This document shows, one piece after another, positions 8,280-19,818 of a DNA stretch of 64,000 bases. The stretch spans positions 128,001 through 192,000 of the forward strand of contig CAVPSB010000002.1 of assembly GCA_963708025.1 (NCBI GenBank), written 5' to 3'. The position numbers and the translations under genes are program-made. Every line of letters begins with the position of its first letter. Position 1 is the first letter of the stretch. This DNA comes from an uncultured Candidatus Rokubacteria bacterium. GTDB taxonomy: Bacteria > Methylomirabilota > Methylomirabilia > Rokubacteriales > DASRDR01. Under the pieces are notes generated by a model. That model was not told where the DNA came from. It did no database searches and saw nothing but the letters and a program-made list of their open reading frames with translations.

Positions 8280-9776
8280 TCAGCCGAGCGCGATCCGCAG
8301 CACCGTCACCGAGTGGGGCGGGAAGTCGTACTCGAAGCTGGCGCCGGCCGCATCCAGCCGCCGCTCCTGGACGTCGACCAGACGGGGGCGCTCGAAGGAG
8401 TTCCTGGCGCCGACGTCCGGACCGTTGACCTCCGACACCAGCACCCCGCCGGTCAGTGCGCCGTCGGCCAGCTGGATCGTGGCGGCGTGGCCCCGGTCGC
8501 GGTCGCGGTTGACCACCGTCAGGGTGAGCCGGCGGCCGGCCGGATCGCGCGTGGCGGCCGCGTCCAGCAGCGAGAAGGGACCCAGGTCGGCGATGTGGTG
8601 CAGCCGGCCGGCGTTCGCCTCCTCCTGGGCGGGCGGCAGGTCGTACGTCGGGCCCTCCACGTGGATGTCGAGGGCGACCTCGAGGGTGTGCTCGGCGTAC
8701 AGCCGCAGCGGGTGATAGATCGTCTGGAGGAAGAGACCCTGGGGGCCGGTGAAGATCGGCGCGATCGCGTTCACGAGCTGGGCCAGGTTGGCGATGCGCA
8801 CGGTCCGGCAATGGCGGATGAACCCGTTGAGGTAGGTGGCGACGGCCAGGGCATCGGTCAGGTCGTAGCGCTCCTCGATCCCGGCCTTCCGCGCCTCGGC
8901 GGTGCGGGTCCGGTACCACACGTTCCACTCGTCGAAGGCGATGTGGATCGGGTGGGCGATGCGCTGGGCGTGGCGGACCCGCTCGATCAGCGCGGCGCAG
9001 ATGCGCACCGCCCGCTCGGCCTGGTGCGACTGGAAGACGGTCGCGTAGTGGTCGGTGGTGCCGGTGTAGAGGTGGATGCTGTGGTAGTCGACGATGGGTG
9101 CCAGGCCCTCCAGGACGACCGCGTCCCAGTCGCTCCAGCCGTTGTGGCCGCAGCCGATGAGCTCGATCGTCGGGTCCGTGCGCTTCATGACCAGCGCGAA
9201 GGCCCGGGCCTTCTTGACGTAGTCCTCGGCGCTCAGGTGCCCGATCTGCCAGCTCCCGTACATCTCGTTGCCGAGGCCCCAGTAGCGGACGCGGTGCGGC
9301 TCGGGGTAGCCGTGCCGGCGCCGGAGGTCGGCCCAGGAACTGTCCCCGGTGCCGTTGCAGTACTCGACCCAGGCCTGGGCCTCGTCCATCGTCCCCGAGC
9401 CCATGTTCACGCAGATGTACGGCTCGGTGCCGAGGACGCGGCAGTACTCGATGAACTCGTTGGTCCCGAAGCGGTTCGACTCCTCCGCGTCCCAGGCCAG
9501 CTCGGTGCGCCGCGGGCGCTCGCCGGCGGGTCCGACGCCGTCGAGCCAGTGGTAGCCGCTCACGAAGTTGCCGCCGGGCCACCGGAGGACGGGGATCCGC
9601 AGGGGTCGGACGGCGTCGAGGACGTCCCGCCGGAAGCCCCGCCCATCGGCGAGGGGCGATCCTGGCTCGAAGACGCCGCCGTAGATGCAGCGGCCGAGGT
9701 GCTCGATGAAGTTCCCGAAGATCCGGCGGTCGACGGCGCCGATCGTCCGGGCCGGGTCGACGACGATCCTGGCCAT
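8280..9776 (-). CDS. abfA: Alpha-L-arabinofuranosidase, GH51
   Basis: FIEHLGRCIYGG, RWPGGNFVSGYHW, FGTNEF, GNEMYG, FDEWNVW, ANLAQLVN. Confidence 0.95.
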   Translation of the reverse strand: MARIVVDPARTIGAVDRRIFGNFIEHLGRCIYGGVFEPGSPLADGRGFRRDVLDAVRPLRIPVLRWPGGNFVSGYHWLDGVGPAGERPRRTELAWDAEESNRFGTNEFIEYCRVLGTEPYICVNMGSGTMDEAQAWVEYCNGTGDSSWADLRRRHGYPEPHRVRYWGLGNEMYGSWQIGHLSAEDYVKKARAFALVMKRTDPTIELIGCGHNGWSDWDAVVLEGLAPIVDYHSIHLYTGTTDHYATVFQSHQAERAVRICAALIERVRHAQRIAHPIHIAFDEWNVWYRTRTAEARKAGIEERYDLTDALAVATYLNGFIRHCRTVRIANLAQLVNAIAPIFTGPQGLFLQTIYHPLRLYAEHTLEVALDIHVEGPTYDLPPAQEEANAGRLHHIADLGPFSLLDAAATRDPAGRRLTLTVVNRDRDRGHAATIQLADGALTGGVLVSEVNGPDVGARNSFERPRLVDVQERRLDAAGASFEYDFPPHSVTVLRIALG

Positions 9777-9822
9777 GAGCCTCCTCTCGCGGTTCGGGCT
9801 GCCGTGCGGGAGTCTAGATGAT

Positions 9823-9854
9823 TCGGGGGGGTCTCAGGAAGCCCCCCTCCGGAA
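9823..9854. repeat. Palindromic repeat, family C (degenerate copy)
   Basis: TCGGGGGGGTCTCAGGAAGCCCCCC, similar to 38221, 57228, 58469. Confidence 0.5.
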
Positions 9855-9966
9855 CCTCCCCTCCAGCGGAAGGCCGGTTGACTCGGCTGGAGGGACTCTC
9901 TATATTCGCCACACTCGGGTATTCGCGCGTTGTCACACCGCCCCCGAAGCTGACACAGGAGGAGCC

Positions 9967-11245
9967 ATGAGCGAGGAACGGATAGACGTCAGTCGCCGCC
10001 GCTTCCTGACCGGCGCCGCCGCCGTGGGCGCCTCGGCATCCCTGCCGGTGACCGCGCGCCGGGCCTCGGCGCAGGCGAAGCCGACCATCACCTACTGGAA
10101 TGGGCTCACCGGGGCGGACGGGAAGGTCATGGACGAGATGATCGACCAGTTCACCCGCGACACCGGCATCAAGGTCGAGCAGCAGCGCATCCAGTGGCCC
10201 GACCTCTACGCCAAGCTCGCCGTCTCGGTGCCGGCCGGCGAGGGCCCGGACCTGGCGCTGATCCACGCGGTGGAGGTCCCGCACTTCGGCGGCGACGGCG
10301 TCCTCGAGCCCATCGACCCGGCGACGCTGTCCGCCAAGGGCTTCCGGGGCGAGGACTACCTGGCGGCGATCTGGCAGGGCGGGACCTACCAAGGGAAGCG
10401 CTACGCGATCCCCCTCGACGTCCCGCAGCACCTCCTCTATCTGCACGTGGGGTGATGCGGCAGGCCGGGCTCGTCGGCGCGGACGGGAAGCCCAAGGTGC
10501 CCGGCGAGTGGCAGCGAGCTCGTGGCCATGGCTAAGCAGATCACCAAGGGCGACACGTTCGGGTTCGCCCTCGGGACGCTCAATCTCGGCAAGTACACCT
10601 TCGGCTTCCACCACCTCCTGTGGCAGAACGGCGCCAACATCTACGCCCGCGACCTCAAGCGCTCCGGGCTCACCGAGCCGGCGGCGATCGAGGCGGCCGA
10701 ATACTGGGGCTCCTTCCACGCGCAGCACAAGGTCGCGCCACCGGCGAACGCGAACGCTCGCGACGCCTTCATCGCCGGGCGGCTCGGCCTGTGGATCGGC
10801 GGGTCGTGGAACTTCACCGGGCTCCGCGAGGCCAAGGTGGAGTTCACCGTGGCGCCGGTGCCCGCGGCTCCTCAAGGAGCCGGTGGTGTGGACCATCCCC
10901 CACCAGTACACGTTCCCCAAGCCGAAGGCGGCCGACCCGGCCAAGCGCGAGGCGGCGTGGACGCACATCCGGTGGATGACCGAGCACGTGGCCGACTGGA
11001 CGCTCAAGGCCGGCCAGGTCTCGGCGTCCCGCAAGTCCCACACCGACCCGCGGATCACCGGCGACCCGGTGCTGAAGACCCTGCTCGCCCAGGCGCCGAA
11101 CTGGCAGATGGGGCAGCCCACCCCGAAGTGGGTCGCCGCCGAGAACCTCACCCGCCCCGTCATCGAGACGCTCTACATCGGGCAGCGGCCGGCCCGGGCG
11201 GCCATGGAAGACCTGGCGCGCCAGATCAACGCCCTGCCGGCCTGA
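9967..11245 (+). CDS. Carbohydrate ABC transporter substrate-binding protein with Tat signal; several frameshifts
   Basis: SRRRFL Tat motif, ITYWNGLTGADG, PDLA, YAIPLD; continues across ORFs ending 10455, 11292, 11245. Confidence 0.85.
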
Positions 11246-11288
11246 CGCGACGGGAACCCGGGGGCGGCGGGCCGGGAGGCGGTGAGAC

Positions 11289-12192
11289 GTGACCGCATCA
11301 GCCCGGCCCGGCCGCCGCCGGGGGTGGCCGGACTGGCTGACCGCCTACCTCTTCCTGGCGCCCGGCCTGCTCCTGTTCGCCGCCTTCCGCGTCTACCCGC
11401 TCCTCGACGGGCTCTGGCTGAGCTTCACCAGCGCCCGGCTCGGCCGGAGCACCTCGACGTGGGTCGGCCTGGCGAACTACCAGCAGCTCCTCGACGACAC
11501 GCGCTTCCACACGAGCCTCGCCAACACGGCCTTCTACACCGTGGCCAGCACCCTGCCGATCCTCGCCGTGCCCCTGGCGCTGGCGGTCGCCCTGAACCGG
11601 GGCATCGCCGCTCCGCACGTTCCTCCGGAGCGCGTTCTTCTTCCCGTTCACGCTGTCGGTGGTGACGGTCGGCCTGACCTGGCTCTGGCTCCTCGACCCC
11701 GTGGTGGGGCCGTTCAACTACTACCTGCGGGGCGCGGGGGTGCCGGTGCGCCCGTGGCTCGCCGATCCCACCACGGCCATGTGGGCGATCATCGCCACGA
11801 CCGTCTGGTGGGTGACCGGCTACTACCTGGTGATCTACCTGGCCGGGCTCCAGGACATCCCGCGCGACCTCTACGAGGCCGCCGCCATCGACGGCGCGGG
11901 CGGCTGGCGGAGCTTCTGGGCGGTCACCCTGCCCCTGCTCCGTCCCGTGATGCTCTTCGTCTTCGTCACCCACATCATCGGCTCCTTCCAGATCTTCGGC
12001 CAGGTCTACATCCTGACCGAGGGCGGACCCGGCGACGCCACCCGGACCGTGGTTCAGCACCTCTACGAGACGGCCTTCCGCAGCCTCTTCCTCTTCGGCT
12101 CGGCCTCGGCCATGGCCTGGGTGCTCTTCGCCGTCATCCTGGTGTTCTCCGTGCTCCAGTTCCGGCTGCTGCGCGGCCACACGGAGTACTAG
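11289..12192 (+). CDS. Sugar ABC transporter permease (MalF-like), frameshift near 11610
   Basis: AYLFLAP, VGLANY, LAGLQDIPRDLYEAAAIDGAG (EAA loop). Confidence 0.9.
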
Positions 12193-12200
12193 ATCCGTCG

Positions 12201-13064
12201 ATGGACACGCCCAGGCCTCGGGGCCGACTCGACGTGCAGCGGATCGTGCTGACCGCGGCCCTGACCGCCCTGGCCGTGCTGTGGCTCCTCCCGTTCGTGT
12301 GGGTGCTCGTCACCTCCCTCAAGCCGACCGAGGACATCATTCGCCTCCCGCCCGAGTGGATCCCGTGGCCGGCGACGGGCACGCACTACCACGAGGTGCT
12401 GTTCAGCAGCTCGCGCACGGCCCGCATCGGCCGGGCCTTCGTCAACAGCATGGTGATCTCGCTGGGCACGGTGGCGCTCGTCGTCGGGACGAGCGCGATG
12501 GCCGCCTATCCGCTGGCGCGCATGCGGTTCCCCGGGCGCGACCTGGTGTTCGTGCTGCTCGTCGGGAGCCTGATGGTCCCCAACGCCGTCGTGCTCGTGC
12601 CCCAGTACGTCCTGACCCAGCGCCTTGGCTGGCTCAGCACCTACCAGGGGCTCATCGTCCCGGAGGCGGCGATGACCTTCGCCTTCGGCGTGTTCCTGCT
12701 GCGGCAGTTCTTCCTGACCATGCCGCGCGAGCTCGAGGATGCCGCCCGGATCGACGGCGCCAACGCGTGGCGCGTCTTCACGCGGATCGTCCTCCCCCTC
12801 TCCCAGCCCGTGCTCGGCGCCCTGGCCATCTTCGCCTTCCGCTCGGCCTGGAACGACTTCCTCTGGCCCCTCATCGCCGTGAACAAGCCCGAGATGTTCC
12901 CCCTGCCGGTGGCGCTCGCCCTCCTCCGCGGCGCCTACGCCTCGGAGTCCTACGGCCCGATCATGGCGGGGGCGACCCTGAGCGCGCTGCCGCTGCTGAT
13001 CGTCTTCCTGGTGGCGAACCGCCGGATCGTCGAGGGCGTGCGATTGAGCGGGTTGAAGGGGTAG
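12201..13064 (+). CDS. Sugar ABC transporter permease (MalG-like)
   Basis: ATG 12201; FLLRQFF..MPRELEDAARIDGA, WNDFLWP. Confidence 0.92.
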   Translation: MDTPRPRGRLDVQRIVLTAALTALAVLWLLPFVWVLVTSLKPTEDIIRLPPEWIPWPATGTHYHEVLFSSSRTARIGRAFVNSMVISLGTVALVVGTSAMAAYPLARMRFPGRDLVFVLLVGSLMVPNAVVLVPQYVLTQRLGWLSTYQGLIVPEAAMTFAFGVFLLRQFFLTMPRELEDAARIDGANAWRVFTRIVLPLSQPVLGALAIFAFRSAWNDFLWPLIAVNKPEMFPLPVALALLRGAYASESYGPIMAGATLSALPLLIVFLVANRRIVEGVRLSGLKG

Positions 13065-13166
13065 CGGCCATGGCGGCCGACGCAGGGGCGCTCGACGGGC
13101 TCGATGCGATGCCGCGGAACGCCGGAGAGCGGTCCACGCGGCGACTCGAATGGCTCCCGTCTGATC

Positions 13167-14584
13167 TCACCGTCCGAGTAGGGCTCCCGGAGTCGAGTTG
13201 ACGTCGGCAGGCGCCCTCCAGGCGACGGGCTCCTCAGGAGGGCGGCCTTCCCAGGGCGCGACCGGGTTGGCCGCGGGGTGCAGGACGTCGATCGCCCAGC
13301 CGAGGTCGAGCCGCTCGCCGTCCCAGCTCGGACACCCCGTCCGCGCGTCGATCGCGAGGCCGCGCGCTCGATTCGCCGTGACCAGCGCCCACGATCGGGT
13401 CGGCCGGCACCCCCGGCGGCGCCGGCACCTCGGGAATCGGCCGGCCGCCCGGCGTGCGGAAGTGGAGCGTCCCGTCGGCGTCCCGCTCGACCTGGTAGCC
13501 CTCCTCGTGGACGGCGCCGTGATGGCGTCGACAGAGAAGTGCGAGATTGGCCAGCCGAGTCGGGCCGCCGTTCGCCCAGTGGTGGAGATGATGCCCCTGG
13601 GCGTGGCGCACCCCGCAGCCCGGGAAGCGGCATCCCCAGTCCCGTGCCTGGAGCGCCCGCCGCAGCGCCGGCGGGATGGTTCTCGTACGTCTTCCGACAT
13701 CGAGCACCTGGCCGTCTCCCGCGTGGTGCATGACCACTCGGGTCGCATCGCACGCTAGGCGCCTCGACGTTTCCGCGGAAACGCGCACGCCGTCCTCGAG
13801 CGCCGACTGGCCCGGCTGGTCGGGGTCGGCCAGCACGGCGGCGTCCACGTGGACGACCACCTGGTACCGCTCGTTCCCCGCGCCGGGATCGAGCCCCTGC
13901 GCGAGGGCTGTCTCCGCCACCAGGGCGAGGGCATCCGCTCGCTGCTGGCCCTGCGTCGGCAGATCCCCGTCGGCCCCCGCCTCGGGCGTGGCCCGGGCCC
14001 GCGCGTACAGCGCCTCCCGCGCCGCCTCCAGCGCCCGCACCAGCACCGCCCCCACCTCCGGCTCCAGCCGCCCCCGCACCACGATCATGCCATCCTCGTC
14101 CGGGTACACCTGGAGCGACCGGCCCCGGTGCCGCGCGGTCGCCTCCTGCCCCTCCACCTGCCGGTCCACCCGCCGCCACCCCCGCACGATCCGCTCCACG
14201 TGGGCCGCCGTCCCCGCCCGCCCCACCGCCAAGAGGCGCGCCTCCGTCTCCGGCGTGGCGACCCGCGTGAGGGCGCGCACCTTCGAGTAGGACAGCTCCC
14301 CCCGCTCCAGGGCCGCCGCGAGCTGGGGCAGGCCCGCCCAGCGCCCGCGCCACGCGCACCCGCTCCCGGGCCGCCCCCAGATCCAGCCCGACCCGCCAGC
14401 TCAACCATTCGGCGCAGGAGCGGGCCCCGTTCGCCCAGCCGCCCCGGGCGTCGAACTCGCGGAGCAGGGCCAGCAGCCGGGCGGTGGCGGCGTCGAGGTG
14501 GGCCGAGAGCGTGGCGATCTCGTCGCCGAGCTGGTCGAGATCGGCCGCGCTGGTGGCGGGTGCGAGCGTCGTCGCGAGATGCAT
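13167..14584 (-). CDS. DUF222 + HNH endonuclease protein (probably mobile/repetitive), frameshifts near 14340 and 13395
   Basis: LGDEIA.LSAHL..AT.RLL, SCAEWLSWR, SYSKVRALTR, RRLACDA, RDxGCRFPGC...HH..HW..GG.T.L.NL..LCRRHH..VHE. Confidence 0.85.
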
Positions 14585-15023
14585 GGCGAGCCTCCTGGCT
14601 CGCACTCTATCACCCGAATTTCGACCGCCCTGGGAGGCTGCCTGGCCGCGGTCTATTGGACGGAAATGATTTTCGCCTCGACGCCGACGGCGCGCGGCGC
14701 CGCGGGGCCGGCGTGGCCCGCTGGGCCGGACTGAGGGCCGAGGCCGCGACTGCGGCGAACGCACGGTCAGAAACCGTGTCAAGCGGGAAATGCGGCTCCC
14801 TGGCGGGCGCGACGAGCCGGGCCCTGCGATCACCGCCCCGGTCCATGCCTCCCGCCTCGAGGGGGAGCTCTCGCGATCCGGCTTGCGACCGCCGCCGGAG
14901 TCGATCTACGATCCTCGCGGACGGCTCCGGGCTGGAGCCGGCGACCGTAGAACGCTCATCTCCTGCGCCCGATCGGGATAGAGTGTGGCAGGCGGGGCCG
15001 GCCGGGCCGGCCCGGGAGGGGGC

Positions 15024-17335
15024 ATGGCGCGGTCACGCAAGACGACGGACAAGCCGGCCGGCGGCAAGCGCCCCATCGAGCAGTACGACCACAAGGGCCA
15101 GCGGCGGAAGAACAACCCGCCGGTCGGGCTCGTCACCGAGGCCACCGACCGGGACGCCCCGAAGAAGCGCTACGCCTACGACCCGCACCTGATCCCGCGC
15201 TGACCTGGGCCGGCAAGGCCGAGCACACCGTCGTTCGAGGTGCCGACGGTCTCGCTCCACGTCCACGAGCGGATCGACCCCAAGACCATCGTCGAGGCCG
15301 TGCGGCGCCGCAACGGCATGCTGGCTCCGGCCCAGGGCTCGCTCTTCGAGTCGCCGAGGAGAACCCGCCGCTCCGCGAGGCCATCGACTTCTACCAGCAC
15401 GCCCACGCCTGGTCCAACCGCCTGATCGCCGGCGACTCGCTGCTGGTCATGAACTCCCTGCTGGAGAAGGAGGGCATGGCCGGCAAGGTGCAGATGATCT
15501 ACATCGACCCGCCCTACGGCATCCGGTACGGGTCGAACTTCCAGCCCTTCGTCAACAGGCGCGACGTCAAGGACGGAAGCGACGAGGACCTGACCCAGGA
15601 GCCCGAGATGATCCGGGCCTTCCGCGACACCTGGGAGCTGGGCATCCACTCCTATCTCACCTACCTGCGCGACCGCCTCCTGCTCGCCCGCGAGCTGCTG
15701 CCCGAGAGCGGCTCCTGCTTCGTGCAGATCTCGGACGAGAACGTGCATCACGTGCGGAGACTTGATGGACGAGGTATTTGGGGCGGAGCAACGTCATGCG
15801 CCCTCGTCGTCGTCCAAGAACGACTGGCGCTAGCAGTCGAGCTTGTTACTGGCCACGTGCGACTACCTGGTTTGGTATGCGAAGAGCATCAAGTCGGTCA
15901 AGTTCCATCAGCTCTACGTAACGAGGAAGATGGCGGGGGAGTCCGGCACTCGTACGTGTTCGTTGAAGAGATTGGCGGCGTCCGTCGGCGGATGACTCCT
16001 GCCGAGGACTGAGAATCCCAGGTTGGTACGACCTGAATGCCGGATTTACCTCCTCGACAACCTTACGTCGACAGGTTGGTCCGAATCCATGTCGCCCCTG
16101 TTGTCTTCGATGGCGAGGTTCACCCTACCGGCCGAACCTCCACTGGAAGACGACACCCGACGGCATGCAAGAACTTGAGGCGAAGCGTCGGGTGATGCGA
16201 TCGGGCAAGGCCCTAGATACGTCCGGTACTTCGATGACTTCCCAGTGTCACCCGCTAACGACGTCTGGGACGGACACAGGAACGGGGAGCTTCACAGAAC
16301 CGAAAGTCTATGTGGTCCAGACGAGTATCAAGGTCATGAGCGGTGCGTGCTGATGACGACTGATCCCGGCGATTTGGTCTTCGACCCGACGTGCGGCTCG
16401 GGGACGACGGCCTACGTCGCGGAGCAGTGGGGGCGACGGTGGATCAGAGCGATACGTCGCGGGTCGCCGTGACGCTGGCGAAGCAGCGGCTGATGACGGC
16501 GGTGTACGACTACTACGAGCTGGCGCATCCGGCGGAGGGGGTGGGCAGCGGGTTCCACTACAAGAAGGTGCCGCACGTCACGCTCAAGAGCATCGCGAAC
16601 AACGAGCCGCCCGGGCAGGAGATGCTCTACGACCAGCCCAGGGTTGACGGCAACACGGTGCGGGTGACCGGTCCGTTCACGGTCGAGGCGGTTCCGGCGC
16701 CGACCGTGCGGCCGCTCACCGACGGCGGCGAGCCTCAGCCGGCGGACGCCTCGGTGGCGCGCTCGGGCGAGACGCTCCGCCAGGCGGAGTGGCGGGCCGA
16801 GCTGCTGAAGACTGGCATCCGCGGCAAGAACAACCAGATGATCCTCTTCACCCGCGTCGAGCCACTCGCCGGCACACGGTGGCTCCATGCCGACGCGGAG
16901 AGCCTTCCGAATGAGCGCGGCGCCGACCGCGTGAGGGAGCCTCGGCCGGGGCCCGCCCGGACGGCCGACCGGGTCGTGGTCTCGTTCGGACCCGAGCACG
17001 CGCCGCTGGAGCAGCGGCAGGTCGAGCTGGCCTGGGAGGAGGCCCGGACGCTCCACCCGCGGCCGGGTATCCTGGCCTTCGCCGCCTTCCAGTTCGACCC
17101 GGAGGCGGCCAAGGACATCGACGAGCTGACCCGCGAGAAGACAGGGATGACCTTCCTCAAGGTGCAGATGAACACCGACCTGCTCACCGAGGACCTCAAG
17201 AAGAAGCGCGCGAGCAACGAGTCCTTCTGGCTCATGGGCCAGCCCGACGTCGAGGTGCGCGCGATCGGCAAAGGCGAGCACAAGGGCAAGCTCGCGGTCG
17301 AGGTCCACGGCTTCGACTACTACAACACCAAGACC
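15024..17335 (+). pseudogene. mod: Type III R-M Mod subunit (N6-adenine methyltransferase); many frameshifts, C-terminus lost at fusion to Res
   Basis: [23 protein letters not shown] (motif IV), [21 protein letters not shown] (motif I), NTDL...LKK, VEVHGFDYY. Confidence 0.8.
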
Positions 17336-19648
17336 CTCCGGGAGCGGCTGCGTCAAGGGCGTGTCCTCGTTCGCAACTGGCACGTCCTGAACTGGGAGAC
17401 CGAGGAGCAGCTCGCCCGGAAGCGTGGGGTGGACAAGCGCGGCGCCAGGAGCGACGCCGCCTACGTCAAGGAGGTGCTGGGCGACATCGCCACCGCCTCG
17501 AACCTCCTGGTCGTCAACGACGAGGCACACCACGCCTGGCGGGTCCCGGCCGAGTCGAAGCTCCGCGGGGTGGCGAAGGCCGACATCGAGGAGGCCACGC
17601 GCTGGATCGGCGGGCTCGACCGCATCCACCGGAGCCGCGGCATCCTGTGCTGCTACGACTTCTCGGCCACGCCCTTCGTGCCATCCGGCAAGGAAAGCTC
17701 GGAGGAGGCCCTGTTCGGCTGGGTCGTGAGCGACTTCAGCCTGAACGACGCGATCGAGTCGGGGCTGGTGAAGACCCCGAGAGTCGTGGTCCGGGACGAC
17801 GGCGTGCCGGATGCCGCCACCTACCGGTCGAAGCTCTACCACATCTACCAGTGGGTGCGAGACGATCTGAACCGCAAGGCCGAGCCCCACGAGCCGCTGC
17901 CCGACCTCGTCGTCAACGGGTACTACCTGCTCGGCAAGGACTGGCTGGAGGCCGCCCGCCGCTGGGCCGACGCCGGCCTGCCCACGCCGCCGGTGATGAT
18001 CACGGTGGCCAACCGGACGGAGACGGCGGCCCGCGTCCATTACGCCTTCCTCCACGGCAAGGTGCGGATCGACGAGCTGGCCGTGCCGGAGCGGACCCTG
18101 CACATCGACTCCAGGGTGCTCGAGAAGGCCGAGGCCCGGGAGGAGCCCGACATCCCCGACACCGCCGACGGTGACGAAGGCACCGAGCCCGATGACGACG
18201 AGCGCCCCGCCCGCAAGCTGACCAGGGAGGAGCAGGCGGAGCGCCTCCGGGTGCAGGTGGATACCGTGGGCCAGCCGGGCAAGCCGGGGGAGCGGGTCCA
18301 GAACGTCATCTCGGTGGGCATGCTCACCGAAGGCTGGGACGCCCGCACCGTGACCCACATCATGGGACTCCGGGCGTTCTCGAGCCAGCTCCTGTGCGAG
18401 CAGGTGGTGGGGCGCGGCCTTCGCCGAACGTCGTACGACGTGGACCCGACCACCGGCCTCTTCCAGCCCGAGCACGTCAACATCTTCGGCATCCCGTTCA
18501 CCTTCCTGCCTCACGAGGGCGGCGACGAGGTCATCCCGCCGCCGCCCCCGCCGAAGTCGCGGATCGAGGCCGTGCCCGAGAAGCGCCACTTCGAGATCAC
18601 GTGGCCGAACGTCATTCGCGTCGAGCACACCTGGGCGCCGCGCCTGGCCCTCGAGTGGGCGGCGGTGCCCGTGCTGCGCCTCGACGCCTCGGAGACGGCC
18701 ACCCTCGCCCAGCTCGCGCCCGTGGTGGCGGGTAAGCCGGACGTCAGCCGCATCTCCGAGATCGACCTCGACGACCTCGTCCGCCGGTTCCGGATGCAGA
18801 CGATCGTCTTCCGGGCGGCCGCCGACGTCTTCGATCAGATGGCCCCCACGTGGGCCGGAAGTCGGGAGATCCTGGTCGCCCAGCTCGTCCCGCTGGTCGA
18901 GGGCTTCCTGGCTTCCGACCGGCTGGCGATCTCTCCGGCGGTGTTCCAGCAGGAGTCGCGACGGCGCCGCATCCTCCTCACGCTCAACATGAACCGGATC
19001 GTGCGGCACTTCTGGGACGCCATCCGGCACGAGAACGCCCAGACGCTCACGCCGGTGTTCGACAGCGAGCGGCCGATCCGCGGCACGGGCGACATGCTGC
19101 CCTGGTTCACCGGCCGCCCCTGGGCGGACACCGCGCGCTCGCACGTCAACCGCTGTGTCTTCGACAGCACCTGGGAGGCGAGCGAGGCCTTCGCCCTCGA
19201 CCATCACCCCCACGTGGCCGCCTGGGTGAAGAACGATCACCTCGGCTTCGAGGTCGTCTACGTGTTCGACGGGGTCGTGCGCAAGTACCGGCCTGACTTC
19301 CTGGTGCGGCTGACGGCCGGGACCATGCTCGTGCTGGAGGTCAAGGGCCAGGACTCACCCCAGCACCAGGCGAAGCGCGCCGCCCTGGACGAGTGGGCGC
19401 GCGCGGTGACCGAGCACGGCGGCTTCGGCCGCTGGACCTGGGCCGTGTCCCGGGCCCCGTCCGATCTCGCCGACCTCGTGACCGCGCGCGGCGTAGCAGG
19501 CGAGAGACCGCTTCAGACCGCGGCGAATGACGCCGAGCCGGGCTCCGAGCCGCTGGCTCGCGATCGTTTCCGGCGGCCGCTCCTCCTTGGGACGCAGCCG
19601 TCCCTTCTTGGCAGGACGATCGTGCCAGGACGGCACGGCACGGGGTGA
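17336..19648 (+). pseudogene. res: Type III R-M Res subunit (helicase-like ATPase plus PD-(D/E)xK nuclease) lacking its N-terminal Walker A region; in frame with Mod
   Basis: NDEAHHAWR, DFSATP, LNDAIESGLVKTP, VGMLTEGWDA, QVVGRGLRR, YRPDFLV...LEVKG; no TGSGKT. Confidence 0.8.
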
Positions 19649-19818
19649 AGGCCGCTAGCGGCGCCCCGCCGGCCTCCTGGGCTTCCACCGCTAACCCACT
19701 GGTGGAACCGACCGAATGGGCTCCAGGCGGGCCCACCGATCCCGGGCGCCGTCGAGTGGCGGGCTTCTTGCTGGCCAGGAAGCGGGTCAGAGCGCCCAGG
19801 GAGAGCGACCAGCCTTCC

